A stretch of DNA of 32,000 bases from Microcystis aeruginosa NIES-2549 (GCF_000981785.2 NZ_CP011304.1:2640001-2672000), one strand, 5' to 3'; numbered from the stretch's first letter, positions 1-10,318 are shown. The notes: generated from the letters alone by a model not told the origin. Numbers and translations are program-made.

Positions 1-265
1 TTCAAGTTCCTTAACTAAAAGTAGGCGAGATTTTACAAGAGATTGCGAGAATGGGATGTAATGCTTGAGACTGAGTTAGGGTGAAGAGTAGGAAAGAATA
101 CACCTGTAGCACTGGGCAAAATTATGGCAAGACAGGCCTTTCACTTCTAAATACGTCCTGAGAGTAATTTTCAGTGCTATGACAGTATATTTCCCAAGGG
201 CGATCGAGTGTAAATATCGTCCAATCGCCACAACTAATCACTAAATCATTGTTGGGGGTATCTGT

Positions 266-2299
266 ATGAATCAAAGTATCGGAGCAAACACCCGTAATGT
301 GGCCCTTGTCGGCCCCTACTCCAGTGGAAAAACCTCCTTACTGGAAAGTTTACTTTTCGTCACAGGAGCCATCACCAGAAAAGGCAAAATCAGCGATCGC
401 AACACCGTTGGTGATAGTTCCACACAAGCACGGGATCGACAGATGAGTGTAGAAGTTTCCGTTGCCCATAGTCAATACCAAAACCTAAATTTTACCTTTC
501 TCGATTGCCCCGGTTCGATCGAATTTGCCAGTGAAACCTATAATGCCCTCGTCGGGGCTGGTGCTGCTATTATCGTTTGTGAACCGGTGGTTGATCGAGT
601 TCTCACCCTGGCTCCCTTGCTAAAATTCCTCGATGATTGGGAAATTCCGCATCTAATCTTCATCAACAAGATGGATCGCTGTAATAGTCACTTTAACGAA
701 GTCCTACAAGCTCTCAAATCCGTTTCTAGTCGTCCCCTCGTTCCCCAACAATATCCTATCCGTCAGAACAGCGAAACTATCGGATTCATCGATTTAATCA
801 ACGAACAGGCTTATCATTACCATCCTAACAGTCCCGCCGATCCCGTACCTTTACCCGACCACCTCAAGGAAGAAGAACAGATCGCTCGACAAGAAATGCT
901 AGAAACGATTGCCGAATTTGACGATCATCTTTTAGAAGAACTCCTCGAAGATATTAACCCCTCCCGGGAAGAAATTCTCCAAGACTTAAAACAAGAACTG
1001 GGAGCCGATCAGATAGTACCCGTGTTCTTCGGTATGGCGGAACGGGACTATGGTGTGCGTCATCTCCTCACCGCTTTAGTGGAAGAAGCACCGGCCCCGA
1101 CAATTACCGCCAATCGTCGCGGTCTCGATCCGGGTGCGGACGGGGACGCAGTGGTACAAATCCTCAAAACCTATTTTACTCCCCAGGGCGGTCGCCTCTC
1201 CCTAGGGCGAATCTGGCAGGGAACCCTTAGCGATGGCATGGCCTTAAACGGTGTGCGGATTGGTGGTATCTATCGTCTCATGGGACAACAACAACAACCC
1301 CTACAGCAGGCCCAAGCGGGGGAAATTGTCGCTCTCGGTCGTTTGGAGGGAATCGCCACCGGAGACGTGGTGAGCAGCGGCAGTCAAAAACCCGACCTTC
1401 CCAAAGGATTACAGCTTAAACCCGTCTTTGCTCTCGCTATTGCCGCCGTCAATCGCAAGGATGAAGTTAAATTAAGTTCAGCTTTGACAAAACTGATCGA
1501 AGAAGATCCCTCCCTCTACTGGGAACAACACGGCGACACTAAAGAAGTGATTCTCTGGGGACAGGGAGAAATTCATCTACAAGTGGCCCTCGATCGCCTA
1601 GCACGCAAGTATAATCTACCGATGACCACCCATTTACCCCAAGTCCCCTACAAGGAAACGATCAAGGCCAGCACCAAATCCCACGGACGTTATAAACACC
1701 AAACCGGCGGCCACGGTGCTTTTGGCGATGTGTATCTCGATATTAAACCCCTGGCCCGGGGGGAAGGTTTCCACTTCCATGAAAGCATTGTCGGTGGTGT
1801 CGTCCCCAAACAGTATATCCCCGGGGTGGAAACGGGAGTGCGGGAATATCTCGGTCATGGTCCTTTGGGTTTTCCCGTGGTGGATATTGATGTTACTCTC
1901 ACCGATGGTTCCTATCACAGTGTCGATAGTTCCGAACAAGCTTTTAAACAAGCGGCCCGTCTAGCGATGACGGAGGGACTGCCTAAATGTCATCCGGTCT
2001 TATTAGAACCCATTCTATCGGTGACGGTTCTCGCTCCCTCAGAATACACCGCCAAGGTTTTACAGTTAATCAGTGGTAAACGCGGTCAAATTCAGGGTTT
2101 TGAAGCTTCTGAGGAGTGGAAAGGTTGGGATCAGATAACAACCTATCTCCCCCAAGCGGAAATGCACGATTTTATCGTTGAATTGCGTTCTTTGACTATG
2201 GGTGTCGGTTTCTTCCAGTGGGATGAGGATCACCTGCAAGAAGTGCCGGATAAACTGCGTGATGCGGTTTTAGCTATGCAGGGTAATGGTAACAAGTAA
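266..2299 (+). CDS. Elongation factor G-like translational GTPase (EF-G paralog)
   Basis: 677 aa. GTPase motifs are G1 GPYSSGKTS, G3 DCPG and G4 NKMD. The length and C-terminal domain IV/V-like region (HSVDSSEQAFKQAA...) are typical of the EF-G family. Confidence 0.85.
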   Translation: MNQSIGANTRNVALVGPYSSGKTSLLESLLFVTGAITRKGKISDRNTVGDSSTQARDRQMSVEVSVAHSQYQNLNFTFLDCPGSIEFASETYNALVGAGAAIIVCEPVVDRVLTLAPLLKFLDDWEIPHLIFINKMDRCNSHFNEVLQALKSVSSRPLVPQQYPIRQNSETIGFIDLINEQAYHYHPNSPADPVPLPDHLKEEEQIARQEMLETIAEFDDHLLEELLEDINPSREEILQDLKQELGADQIVPVFFGMAERDYGVRHLLTALVEEAPAPTITANRRGLDPGADGDAVVQILKTYFTPQGGRLSLGRIWQGTLSDGMALNGVRIGGIYRLMGQQQQPLQQAQAGEIVALGRLEGIATGDVVSSGSQKPDLPKGLQLKPVFALAIAAVNRKDEVKLSSALTKLIEEDPSLYWEQHGDTKEVILWGQGEIHLQVALDRLARKYNLPMTTHLPQVPYKETIKASTKSHGRYKHQTGGHGAFGDVYLDIKPLARGEGFHFHESIVGGVVPKQYIPGVETGVREYLGHGPLGFPVVDIDVTLTDGSYHSVDSSEQAFKQAARLAMTEGLPKCHPVLLEPILSVTVLAPSEYTAKVLQLISGKRGQIQGFEASEEWKGWDQITTYLPQAEMHDFIVELRSLTMGVGFFQWDEDHLQEVPDKLRDAVLAMQGNGNK

Positions 2300-2339
2300 A
2301 GTCTTCTTGGCTGTCACTAAAGTAGAGCGATAAATTACC

Positions 2340-2378
2340 GAGAGATGGGCTTTTATTGGCTCATCTCTCCCTTTTCTG
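2340..2378 (+). terminator. Candidate rho-independent terminator after the EF-G-like gene
   Basis: Inverted repeat gagagatg (2340-2347) / catctctc (2362-2369), followed by ccttttc. The T-run is weak. Confidence 0.35.
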
Positions 2379-2461
2379 GCAAAAAATGACAGAAGGGTTC
2401 GATAAAATTAGCCTAGTGCTATACTGCCCCAAATTAGTCTCGGAATTCTCAACTTAACGCC

Positions 2462-3688
2462 ATGAATTTATCTAACCTGATCTTAGTCGCCCTCGGTGCG
2501 GGAATTGTTTTCGGTGCGCTGCTTAATGGTTTTTTTCCTGCCCTAATCCTACCTTTAGATGACTATATTCTCGCGCCGGTGGGACAGGTTTTTCTGCGCT
2601 TAATTCAATTTGTGGTGGTTCCGATCGTTTTTTCTTCTCTTATTTTAGGATTAACCCGGGTACAGAATGCGGCGCGGATCGGTAGATATTTACTCAGATT
2701 GATGACTGGCTATCTGCTAACCAGTACACTTGCTCTGTTAATCGGCATGGCCACGGCGTTGTTATTAAAACCGGGGATAGGTTTAGAGGGATTTGCCACT
2801 AATGCCGCCATGACCACCAATACACCAGTATCCTTGAGAGATTGGCTGATTAGCTTAATCCCGGTTAATCCCCTAGAAGCTCTTACCGGGGGCAATCTTT
2901 TACAGGTAATCGTGACGGGAGTTTTATTTAGTATCGGCATCGGACTGGCCAAAGAGGGGGCAAAACCTTTTATTCTCTTGATAGACAGTCTTTATCTAAT
3001 CAGCGAGAGAATCCTATCGGTGATTCTTTATCTAGCACCTGTGGGGGTATTTGCCCTGATTGCTTCGGTTATCGCCACCCAGGGATTAGAATTAGTGGCG
3101 AGACTTTTTTTCTATGTTTTTGGTCTGTTTTTGGCCAGCGCCTTGATGATTGGGGTGTATGTTTTGCTCCTTTTTGCCCTCAAAGGAGAACCTCGACGCT
3201 TTTTTAGCTCTTTATCGGAATCTTTATCCTTAGCTTTCGGTACTGCTAGTTCTAACGCCGCTTTACCCGTGGTTTTGCGGGAAATTCAAGAATACGGTTT
3301 ACCCGAAGATATCGCCAGTTTCGCTATTCCCTTGGGAACGGTACTAAAACGCGATGGTTCGGCAATTTTACAGGGATTTAATGCTCTTTTTATCGCTCAG
3401 GTTTACGGAGTTCCTTTAAGTCCCTCTTTGTTATTAGCGATCGCATTGAGTGGTTTATTGGTTTCTTTTAGTACCCCGGGGGTCCCCGGCAGCGCATTAA
3501 TTACCATGACTACCGTATTATCGGCAGCGGGTTTACCCTTAGAGGGAGTAGCTTTAGTCGCGGGGGTCGATCGCTTGACCGATGGCTTTAAAACCGTGTT
3601 AAATGTGATCGGTAATACAGTTAATGCCATCCTGCTCAATTACTGGGAATTAGGAGAAAAGGAAAAATCCCTAGAATCAAAAAACTAG
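2462..3688 (+). CDS. Dicarboxylate/amino acid:cation symporter (DAACS / GltP family)
   Basis: 408 aa and polytopic. It has GTASSNAALP and an RDGSA motif at the position of the family NMDGT box, plus a Gly/Pro-rich re-entrant loop FSTPGVPGSAL. Confidence 0.85.
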   Translation: MNLSNLILVALGAGIVFGALLNGFFPALILPLDDYILAPVGQVFLRLIQFVVVPIVFSSLILGLTRVQNAARIGRYLLRLMTGYLLTSTLALLIGMATALLLKPGIGLEGFATNAAMTTNTPVSLRDWLISLIPVNPLEALTGGNLLQVIVTGVLFSIGIGLAKEGAKPFILLIDSLYLISERILSVILYLAPVGVFALIASVIATQGLELVARLFFYVFGLFLASALMIGVYVLLLFALKGEPRRFFSSLSESLSLAFGTASSNAALPVVLREIQEYGLPEDIASFAIPLGTVLKRDGSAILQGFNALFIAQVYGVPLSPSLLLAIALSGLLVSFSTPGVPGSALITMTTVLSAAGLPLEGVALVAGVDRLTDGFKTVLNVIGNTVNAILLNYWELGEKEKSLESKN

Positions 3689-3804
3689 CCTCACTAGACT
3701 GCGGCAGGACCCTAGTAGAAGTTAGACAAGGGGCAAAGTTTAATAGGGAATAACTGAATAGGCTGCCAGCTTGTTAGAGTATTGAGAGTAATTTTGAGCG
3801 AGCG

Positions 3805-5181
3805 ATGATACTACAGCCTTTCCTTTCTTCCGCTTGGAGTTTTAATCTTCCCCTGTTAGCCTCGGCAGCTACAGCCGAAACTGCCGATAGTGCCTTAGTT
3901 TTAGCCTGCGTGCTGCTGAGTTTGACCGTTATTTATTTCGCCTGTAAACTGGGGGGGGAAATATGCGTCCGATTCAACTTGCCTCCCGTGTTAGGAGAAT
4001 TAGTCGGTGGCGTGATTATCGGGGTTTCTGCCCTAAAATTACTGGTTTTTCCAGAAGGGGGAGCGGGATTCGAGGATTCTCTGCTAATTCACTTCCTAGA
4101 ATCCACTTCCCCCCTCACCCCGGAGCAATCTCCCGCCGTTTTTAGTGCTGCCAGTGAGGTGATTTCCGTCCTCTCGGAATTGGGGGTAATTATCCTGCTG
4201 TTCGAGATCGGTTTAGAATCAGACTTACAGGAATTAATTCGCGTCGGTCCACAGGCAGCTGCTGTCGCAGTGGTGGGGGTTGCGGTTCCCTTTTTGGTGG
4301 GTACTTTGGGTTTAATCTATATTTTCCATCTGGCCACCATTGCCGCTATTTTTGCCGGGGCAGCTTTAACCGCTACCAGTATCGGCATTACCGCCAAGGT
4401 TTTAGCAGAAATAGGGAAGTTATCGGCGAAAGAAGGTCAAATTATCATCGGGGCAGCGGTTCTCGATGATATTCTCGGTATTATCGTTCTCGCTGTCGTT
4501 GCTTCTTTGGTGAAGACCGGAGAAGTGCAAATTAGCAAAGTAATTTATCTAGTTATTAGTTCTAGTGCTTTTGTGATCGGGGCGATCCTGATCGGTCGTT
4601 TTTTAAGCCCCTTTTATGTTCAATTAGTTAATAGCATGAAAACTAGGGGACAATTGATCTTAGTTTCCCTGATTTTCGCCTTTATTCTTGCTTATATTGC
4701 CCAAGTTATCCAATTAGAAGCGATTCTCGGTTCCTTTGCTGCGGGCCTGGTCCTGGCGGAAACGGAAAAGCGCTCGGAATTGGCAGAACAAGTGTTCCCG
4801 ATCGCCGATTTATTTGTACCGATATTTTTCGTCTGTGTGGGGGCAAAAACCGATTTAAGTGTGCTTAATCCCGCTATTCCTACCAATCGAGAAGGATTAG
4901 TCTTAGCGGCTTTCTTAATTGTCGTCGCTATTTTGGGTAAAGTGGTAACGGGGTTAGCCGTTTTCAGCAAGGAAAAACTCAATCGCTTGGCGATCGGAGT
5001 TGGCATGATTCCCCGGGGTGAAGTGGGTTTAGTCTTTGCCGGAGTCGGGGCCGCTAGTGGTGCTTTATCCCCCGCTACCGATGCGGCCGTTATTATGATG
5101 GTGATCTTGACTACCTTTATCGCTCCGCCCCTGTTAAGGTTAGTATTTAAAGAACCCACCACCAGTCCTCAAGAAACATAG
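3805..5181 (+). CDS. Cation:proton antiporter (Na+/H+ exchanger family, CPA2/Kef-type membrane domain)
   Basis: 458 aa with about 12 hydrophobic segments. LLFEIGLESD resembles the KefB/C LLF.IGLE.D motif. Confidence 0.8.
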   Translation: MILQPFLSSAWSFNLPLLASAATAETADSALVLACVLLSLTVIYFACKLGGEICVRFNLPPVLGELVGGVIIGVSALKLLVFPEGGAGFEDSLLIHFLESTSPLTPEQSPAVFSAASEVISVLSELGVIILLFEIGLESDLQELIRVGPQAAAVAVVGVAVPFLVGTLGLIYIFHLATIAAIFAGAALTATSIGITAKVLAEIGKLSAKEGQIIIGAAVLDDILGIIVLAVVASLVKTGEVQISKVIYLVISSSAFVIGAILIGRFLSPFYVQLVNSMKTRGQLILVSLIFAFILAYIAQVIQLEAILGSFAAGLVLAETEKRSELAEQVFPIADLFVPIFFVCVGAKTDLSVLNPAIPTNREGLVLAAFLIVVAILGKVVTGLAVFSKEKLNRLAIGVGMIPRGEVGLVFAGVGAASGALSPATDAAVIMMVILTTFIAPPLLRLVFKEPTTSPQET

Positions 5182-5327
5182 CAGACCATGCCAACGTCCC
5201 ATAAGCTTGTTTTTATTGATAGTCATTCTCAGAGCATTAACGGAGCTATGGATGGCCAAAAATCGACAAAATAGTCCATTTTTACCGAAAAAAGGTAATT
5301 GATAACTGAGCAACGGGAGCATCGATC

Positions 5328-7225
5328 GTGAGATTTCATTGGTTATTCCTAAGCGCATTAACTTGGTTGCTGGTGGCGGCCCCTGCTTGGGCGGGCAAGC
5401 TCGTCTTTTGGCGATTCGACACCAATGAGAATCGTCTGGTGTTCACCACCGACAATCGAGTGCAACCGCGAGCGCAAATGATCACTAACCCCACCAGGAT
5501 CGTGATCGATCTGCCCGGGATCAAGTTAGGGCAACCCAATATTAACCGGCCCATTGGCAATATCGTCAGAAGTGTCCGTATTGGTCAATTTGATGCGGAA
5601 ACTACCCGTTTAGTGATTGAATTAGCCCCCGGCTACACCTTTGATCCTCAACAGGTAAAAATTCGCGGAATTTCGCCCACCCAATGGACAGTGGAACTGC
5701 CAGATCCCCAACCGATTAGGGAGGAAACGCAACCACCCGTCACCCCTGACCCCACACCTACCCCCGATCGCGGTTCCACCCGTCCCACTCCCCCACCTCC
5801 AGTTAGCCAGACGGACAACAACGATGATTTTCAGGTCACTCGCAATGGTCTTTTTGTCCGTTTAGAGCAAAATGGTGATGATCGATCGATCCGCAGTCAA
5901 CGCAGCCGCGACGGCAAAAAAATCGAATTTGAATTACCTGGGGCCACTTTACCCGGTAGTCTCACCGGTCAAACTATCCCTGTCAATCGCTATGGGGTCG
6001 GTGATATTCAATTCAGTCAGACTGCCAATCAACGGGCCAAGATTTCCCTAAGCGTTAATAAAGATAGCCCCGATTGGCAAGCTCTCTATAGTCGTTTTGG
6101 TGGCTTGGTTTTACTGCCTAGGGGTGGTCTGAGTTCCGTGGATAATATCTCCTCACCTCCCCCGACTCAGGCCACTAATCCCACTCCCCGTCCCAATAAT
6201 CCCCCCGCGAAAACTGCCAATAATCCCCCTTCTAGCAGTCGTTTGGCCACGATCTCCTCGATCGATCTGGCAGGTAATAACGATCGCCTCTTAATTCGCG
6301 CGGATTTACCCCTAAAAGCTAACGGCATTGTTAACCGGGATGGTGTCTATGAACTACGCATCGAAAATGCTAAGTTAGCCGACTCTTTTCGCGGTCCGCG
6401 CTTCGGTCGCAATAGTCCCATCTATCAATTGCGGGTACGTCAGGAAAGTGTCAATAAGGTGCTGATTTTGGTACAGACGGCCGCGGGTTTTCAACTGGGA
6501 CAATTAACTCAAACGGGCAATCAAACCCTAGCCCTAGAATTGCTGTCCTCCCGCAATTCTAGCCCCGTTTCTCAGGTTCCTGACTCCACCACTATACCTG
6601 TCCCTTTACCCCCAGATACGGGGCAATTTAACCCACCTCCGCGCCCCTCTGACCCCACTCCTAATCCCCCCGACAACGCAATAGCCGCTTTCTGGTGGTG
6701 ATCGATCCGGGCCACGGTGGTAAGGATCCGGGGGCGATCGGAATTGGTGGCCTTCAGGAAAAAAACGTAATTCTGCCCATTTCCCTAGAAGTTACCCGCA
6801 TCCTGCAACAACAGGGCATCGATGTGCGTCTAACTAGGGATAGCGATTTTTTTGTCACCCTGCAAGGGCGCACGGATCTGGCTAACCGGATCGATGCCGA
6901 TCTATTTGTCAGTATCCACGCTAACTCTATGGGGAAAGCACGACCGGATGTCAATGGCCTAGAGGTGTATTACTTCGGCGATCGCCGTTTATCGGATACC
7001 ATCCATCGCAATATTGTCCGCAGTGTCGATATGCGCGATCGGGGGGTGCGTCGGGCCCGTTTCTATGTGCTGAGAACCTCGAAAATGCCCTCTACCCTCG
7101 TGGAAGTGGGTTTCGTTACTGGCGCTGAGGATGCTGCTAAATTAGCCAATGCCAACTTTCAACGACAAATGGCGGCGGCGATCGCTGGGGGGATTATTGA
7201 ATATATTCAACGAAATCTCCGTTAA
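5328..7225 (+). pseudogene. amiC: AmiC-like N-acetylmuramoyl-L-alanine amidase (signal peptide, AMIN domains, Pro-rich linkers, Amidase_3), split into two frames
   Basis: ORF 5328-6701 has a signal peptide, AMIN-like blocks (TRIVIDLPG, RLVIEL) and P/T-rich linkers. ORF 6695-7225 is the catalytic domain (VVIDPGHGGKDPGA, SIHAN). The catalytic frame is open back to 6665, and the two frames overlap around a C6 run at 6666-6671. Confidence 0.75.
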
Positions 7226-7322
7226 TGATTAAATGATTGGAGCATTAGTTTACCAATCAAAAAATCCGTGTTTTAATATCATCAAATAAAGCTACTTTAG
7301 ATCAGCGTTTTCCTCGATATCT

Positions 7323-8135
7323 ATGAGAGAATCACAACTTAGTCCGATTGGTGTGTTTGATAGTGGTGTGGGTGGACTGACCGTTTTAAGGGAGTTGTAT
7401 CGACAACTGCCCCAAGAATCAATTCTCTATTTCGCTGATACCGCTAGACTTCCTTACGGAACCCGTTCTAAAGGGGAAATTATCGAATTTGTCCGGGAAA
7501 TTCTCACTTGGATGGGCGAGCGCCGGGTGAAAATGGTGATTATGGCCTGTAATACCAGTTCCGCCTTGGCTTTAGAAGAAGTACGGGCCGAATTTAAAGA
7601 TTTACCGATTTTGGGGGTAATTTTGCCCGGGGCAAAAACTGCCGTTAAACAAGGAAAGCGCATTGGTGTGATTTCTACCCCGGCTACGGCTAAAAGTAAT
7701 GCCTATAAACAGGCGATTCAAGAAATCGATCCTACTGCCCAAGTTTGGCAAATTCCCTGTCCTGAATTTGTACCTTTGATCGAGGCTAACCGCATTTTTG
7801 ACCCCTACACCACGCAAGTGGCTAGGGAATATCTTCAGCCTTTACTGGCAGAAAATATTGATACTCTGGTCTATGGTTGTACCCATTATCGCCATCTTTC
7901 CCCGGTTTTACGTCGTCTTTTACCTAGTTCCGTGCGCTTGGTAGATCCCGCCGCTGCCGTTGTGCGAGCGGCGGAAAAAGAGCTAGAATTATTAGGTATA
8001 AAAAATCCCGAAACACCCCTACCTACTAACTTCGCAGTTAGCGGTGATCCTAACACTTTTGCCCGTTTATCTCGTCAATGGCTCGGTTTTTCTCCTACGG
8101 TAGAAAAGGTTTATTTACCCGTCCCTGTTTTATAA
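7323..8135 (+). CDS. murI: Glutamate racemase
   Basis: 270 aa with GVFDSGVGGLTV, ACNTSS and GCTHY motifs, including both catalytic Cys contexts. Confidence 0.92.
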   Translation: MRESQLSPIGVFDSGVGGLTVLRELYRQLPQESILYFADTARLPYGTRSKGEIIEFVREILTWMGERRVKMVIMACNTSSALALEEVRAEFKDLPILGVILPGAKTAVKQGKRIGVISTPATAKSNAYKQAIQEIDPTAQVWQIPCPEFVPLIEANRIFDPYTTQVAREYLQPLLAENIDTLVYGCTHYRHLSPVLRRLLPSSVRLVDPAAAVVRAAEKELELLGIKNPETPLPTNFAVSGDPNTFARLSRQWLGFSPTVEKVYLPVPVL

Positions 8136-8244
8136 CCGTTAGCCTTTTTCAGTGAGCAGTAATCAGTTAGAAAAGGCAGAAGGCAAAAGGCAAAAGGAAA
8201 CCAGATCCTTGCCCCCATCTCCTGACGACCGACTCCTATCTCCC

Positions 8245-8280
8245 CACTGATAACTGATCACTGATAACTGATCACTGATT
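8245..8280. repeat. Tandem repeat, 14-bp unit cactgataactgat x2.5 (STRR-like)
   Basis: Direct reading gives units at 8245-8258 and 8259-8272, with a partial unit at 8273-8280. Confidence 0.9.
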
Positions 8281-8842
8281 AGGAGTTGATTTTAGCTTTT
8301 TTGCGATCGATAGTAAGAGGTAGATCACCAGTAGATACACCATTGGTAACACTAAGGTCATGGTAGGCATTGTTTGATTAGGGAGGAGAGAAGATAGTTA
8401 AAATTAGGTAGGCTTAATCTTGCCCCATTGATCATTGAATGACTAGCGACGAGAAAACCGGCCAAATCTGCAAACAGATCGAGCTTATCCGTCAGTCACT
8501 CTGCCAAGGGACTAGGATCGAGTTGGACAGGTAATCGTCTTCAACTCCATTCTTCGCACCAGAAACCGACGAGAAAAAATTCCTCATCTTAACAATTTCT
8601 AGGTGAGAACTGGGGGTTAATTTCTTGCAACTGCCACTATTAACTTAACATAAGTTGTCAAGGACTGGGAAAAAAATTTTTTAATATCATTTTTCAAAAG
8701 TAATGGCAGAGATGGTTAATTTCCCTCACCCCCAACCCTTCTCCCCTTCTGGGAGAGGGGAGTAAAATACCTGCCAGGAATCAAGAAAAATGATATAAGA
8801 AACCCCACAAAAAGTAATGAGAGGAGGGGAATAGCGAGTGCC

Positions 8843-8936
8843 GATTCAGACGGATTTAGGTGTTGGGTGTTGGGTTTCCCTTTCCCCTAGAATTGAGAGG
8901 TTTTCTTGAACATATTTATTCGCTCAAACCAACCTA
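8843..8936. repeat. Cassette-boundary element, copy A (lacks the left arm)
   Basis: gattcagacggatttaggtgttgggtgttgggttt...gaattgagaggttttcttgaacatatttattcgctcaaaccaaccta aligns with copies B-F. It lies 22 nt beyond the stop of the PIN gene. Confidence 0.85.
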
Positions 8937-8958
8937 CGGACTACGGACTAATGATTAA

Positions 8959-9401
8959 CTAGAAATTTGGGAAAAGATTAATAAAGGGTTTTTTATTTTT
9001 CCAGCGATAGGTATTAAAATCTCGATTATCAATTGATAAGATACGTCCATTTCCTAACTCTTCTGCTAAGATAACTAGAGAGGCATCGGCTAAGTCCATT
9101 GGCAGACTTTGATATTGTTTCATAAGGTCTTGAATTCTTTCTAGATGAGTATTTTCAAGGTGGAATAATAGAAATTTTTGGGGATGTCTCTCAAATACGT
9201 TCATTAATTTTATTTGTTTTTCAACTCCTGTATAGAGATTGGAGAACGTTGTAAAAGAAGATGACAACTTTCTGTTAAAACACACCAAGTTGTAATTAGT
9301 GGTTGAGAAGAATACTGTGCTAAGGTTTGCTGTGCTATTAGATGATATTGATCTTTATTGTTAAATAAAGCCACCCAGAACCCGGTATCAACGATGATCA
9401 T
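8959..9401 (-). pseudogene. vapC: PIN-domain (VapC-type) toxin, interrupted by a frameshift
   Basis: ORF 9401->9210 gives the PIN N-terminus (MIIVDTGFWVA...LITTWCVLTES). ORF 9288->8959 in another frame gives the PIN C-terminus (PMDLADASLVILAEELG...ILSIDNRDF). The frames overlap at 9210-9288. Confidence 0.7.
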
Positions 9402-9660
9402 ATTTAGCTTTTAATCCTTCTTTGAGAACAGATTTATAATTAGTAGAAAGGTCGGATTCTGCACTAATACAACCGATTAATCCAGATTCTTTTAAAATGT
9501 CTAGGGTACTTTGAGCTTCAGGGTTTATTTTTGCTGCAATCTCTGGATTTTTTGCCAAGGAATAGCGTTTTTTTAATAACTCAATAAAATCAATCAGTAA
9601 GTTTTGTACTTCTTCAGGTAATTGGTTAATATCTTCTTGAATTTGTTCTAAGTTAATCAT
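9388..9660 (-). CDS. Putative antitoxin of the PIN toxin
   Basis: 90 aa. It overlaps the PIN start by 14 nt. The N-terminus (LPEEVQNLLIDFIELLKKRY) resembles small antitoxins found with PIN toxins. Confidence 0.5.
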   Translation of the reverse strand: MINLEQIQEDINQLPEEVQNLLIDFIELLKKRYSLAKNPEIAAKINPEAQSTLDILKESGLIGCISAESDLSTNYKSVLKEGLKAKYDHR

Positions 9661-9754
9661 TAATTTTCCTCCGTTAAGATTTTTAAATGGGCTGCTAATT
9701 TTTAAGCCACATAACGAATAATTTTGACTTCTGCTCCTTTATTAACAGGAATAG

Positions 9755-9890
9755 AATTATCGTCGGTTGGGTTGAACCAAGGAAACCCAACAAAAAGATT
9801 CAGACTGATTTAGGTGTTGGGTGTTGGGTTTCGCTTTTCCTGAGAATTGAGAGGTTTTCCTTAACATATTTATTCGCTCAACCCAACCTA
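9755..9890. repeat. Cassette-boundary element, copy B (complete)
   Basis: Outer inverted repeat ggttgggttga (9765-9775) / tcaacccaacc (9878-9888). Inner inverted repeat gaaacccaac / gttgggtttc. It lies 4 nt beyond the stop of ORF 9895-10206. Confidence 0.9.
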
Positions 9891-9894
9891 GTAA

Positions 9895-10206
9895 CTACGG
9901 GCGCTCACTACTTAATTTAATCACTTGTTGCTCAGAAAATTTAAGGGTAAGTTCCCATTCTCCCCCTAATTCCCTCATCATACGGGTTAAATTTTCTAGG
10001 GTAAGATGTTGTTTTAAATCATCCGATTTTGCTGAGAAACAGGGCTGTTCACTTTCGCTTTCCGTGATTTCTTCTGAAGCAAGTCCTAGGCGTTGAAGAA
10101 GTTCATCAATGATTTGCATTTCTTGTAAAAGCTCTTGGGTTTTAGCTTCAATTTTTGCCCTTCTTTCAGAGGGCAGTTTATCCATTTCTTCATCAAAGGT
10201 AATCAT
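9895..10206 (-). CDS. Hypothetical small acidic protein, probable antitoxin of the truncated toxin upstream
   Basis: 103 aa. Its ATG overlaps (ATGA) the stop of the toxin remnant at 10203-10313. I recognised no clear family motif. Confidence 0.4.
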   Translation of the reverse strand: MITFDEEMDKLPSERRAKIEAKTQELLQEMQIIDELLQRLGLASEEITESESEQPCFSAKSDDLKQHLTLENLTRMMRELGGEWELTLKFSEQQVIKLSSERP

Positions 10207-10313
10207 AGATTTTGCTCCGTTAAGGTTTTTAAATAGGCTTCAAATCTTTTTTCAGCGATGGGAATGTTTTTTTCATACCATCTTTTATCGCCAGTTTTAT
10301 TTCCTCCTACTAG
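10203..10313 (-). pseudogene. C-terminal remnant (36 codons) of a RelE/ParE-superfamily-like toxin
   Basis: My own translation of the - strand is LVGGNKTGDKRWYEKNIPIAEKRFEAYLKTLTEQNL*. This resembles the C-terminal end of RelE-fold addiction-module toxins. The frame is closed by TAG exactly where repeat copy C begins. Confidence 0.4.
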
Positions 10314-10318
10314 CTAAA

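Noticed and set aside
1634-7817. Track ORFs inside or antisense to the housekeeping genes: 1634-1951, 1716-1964, 2710-2952, 3403-3639, 3963-4145, 4692-5162, 5140-5358, 5336-5560, 6754-6954, 7454-7663 and 7602-7817.
   Set aside because: All are embedded in longer ORFs that carry clear family motifs. Their translations are low-complexity or R/S/P-rich, as expected for shadow frames.
8272-8370. 32-codon - strand ORF MPTMTLVLPMVYLLVIYLLLSIAKKLKSTPNQ*, a single-TM peptide that resembles small photosystem or cytochrome subunits in style.
   Set aside because: It has no recognisable Shine-Dalgarno sequence and I could match it to no known small subunit. Its 3' end overlaps the end of the STRR-like tandem repeat. 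The evidence is too weak to annotate.
8439-8534. 31-codon + strand ORF MTSDEKTGQICKQIELIRQSLCQGTRIELDR*, with a nearby repeat of cgacgagaaaa (8446 and 8566).
   Set aside because: It is short, has no motif and no RBS. It is probably chance or a degraded remnant.
8700-8765. The segment ccctcacccccaacccttctccccttctgggagaggggag as a possible terminator or sRNA.
   Set aside because: The stem is imperfect and no T-tail follows. It looks like a common cyanobacterial GGGGAGAGGG-type dispersed repeat fragment, and only one copy lies in the window.
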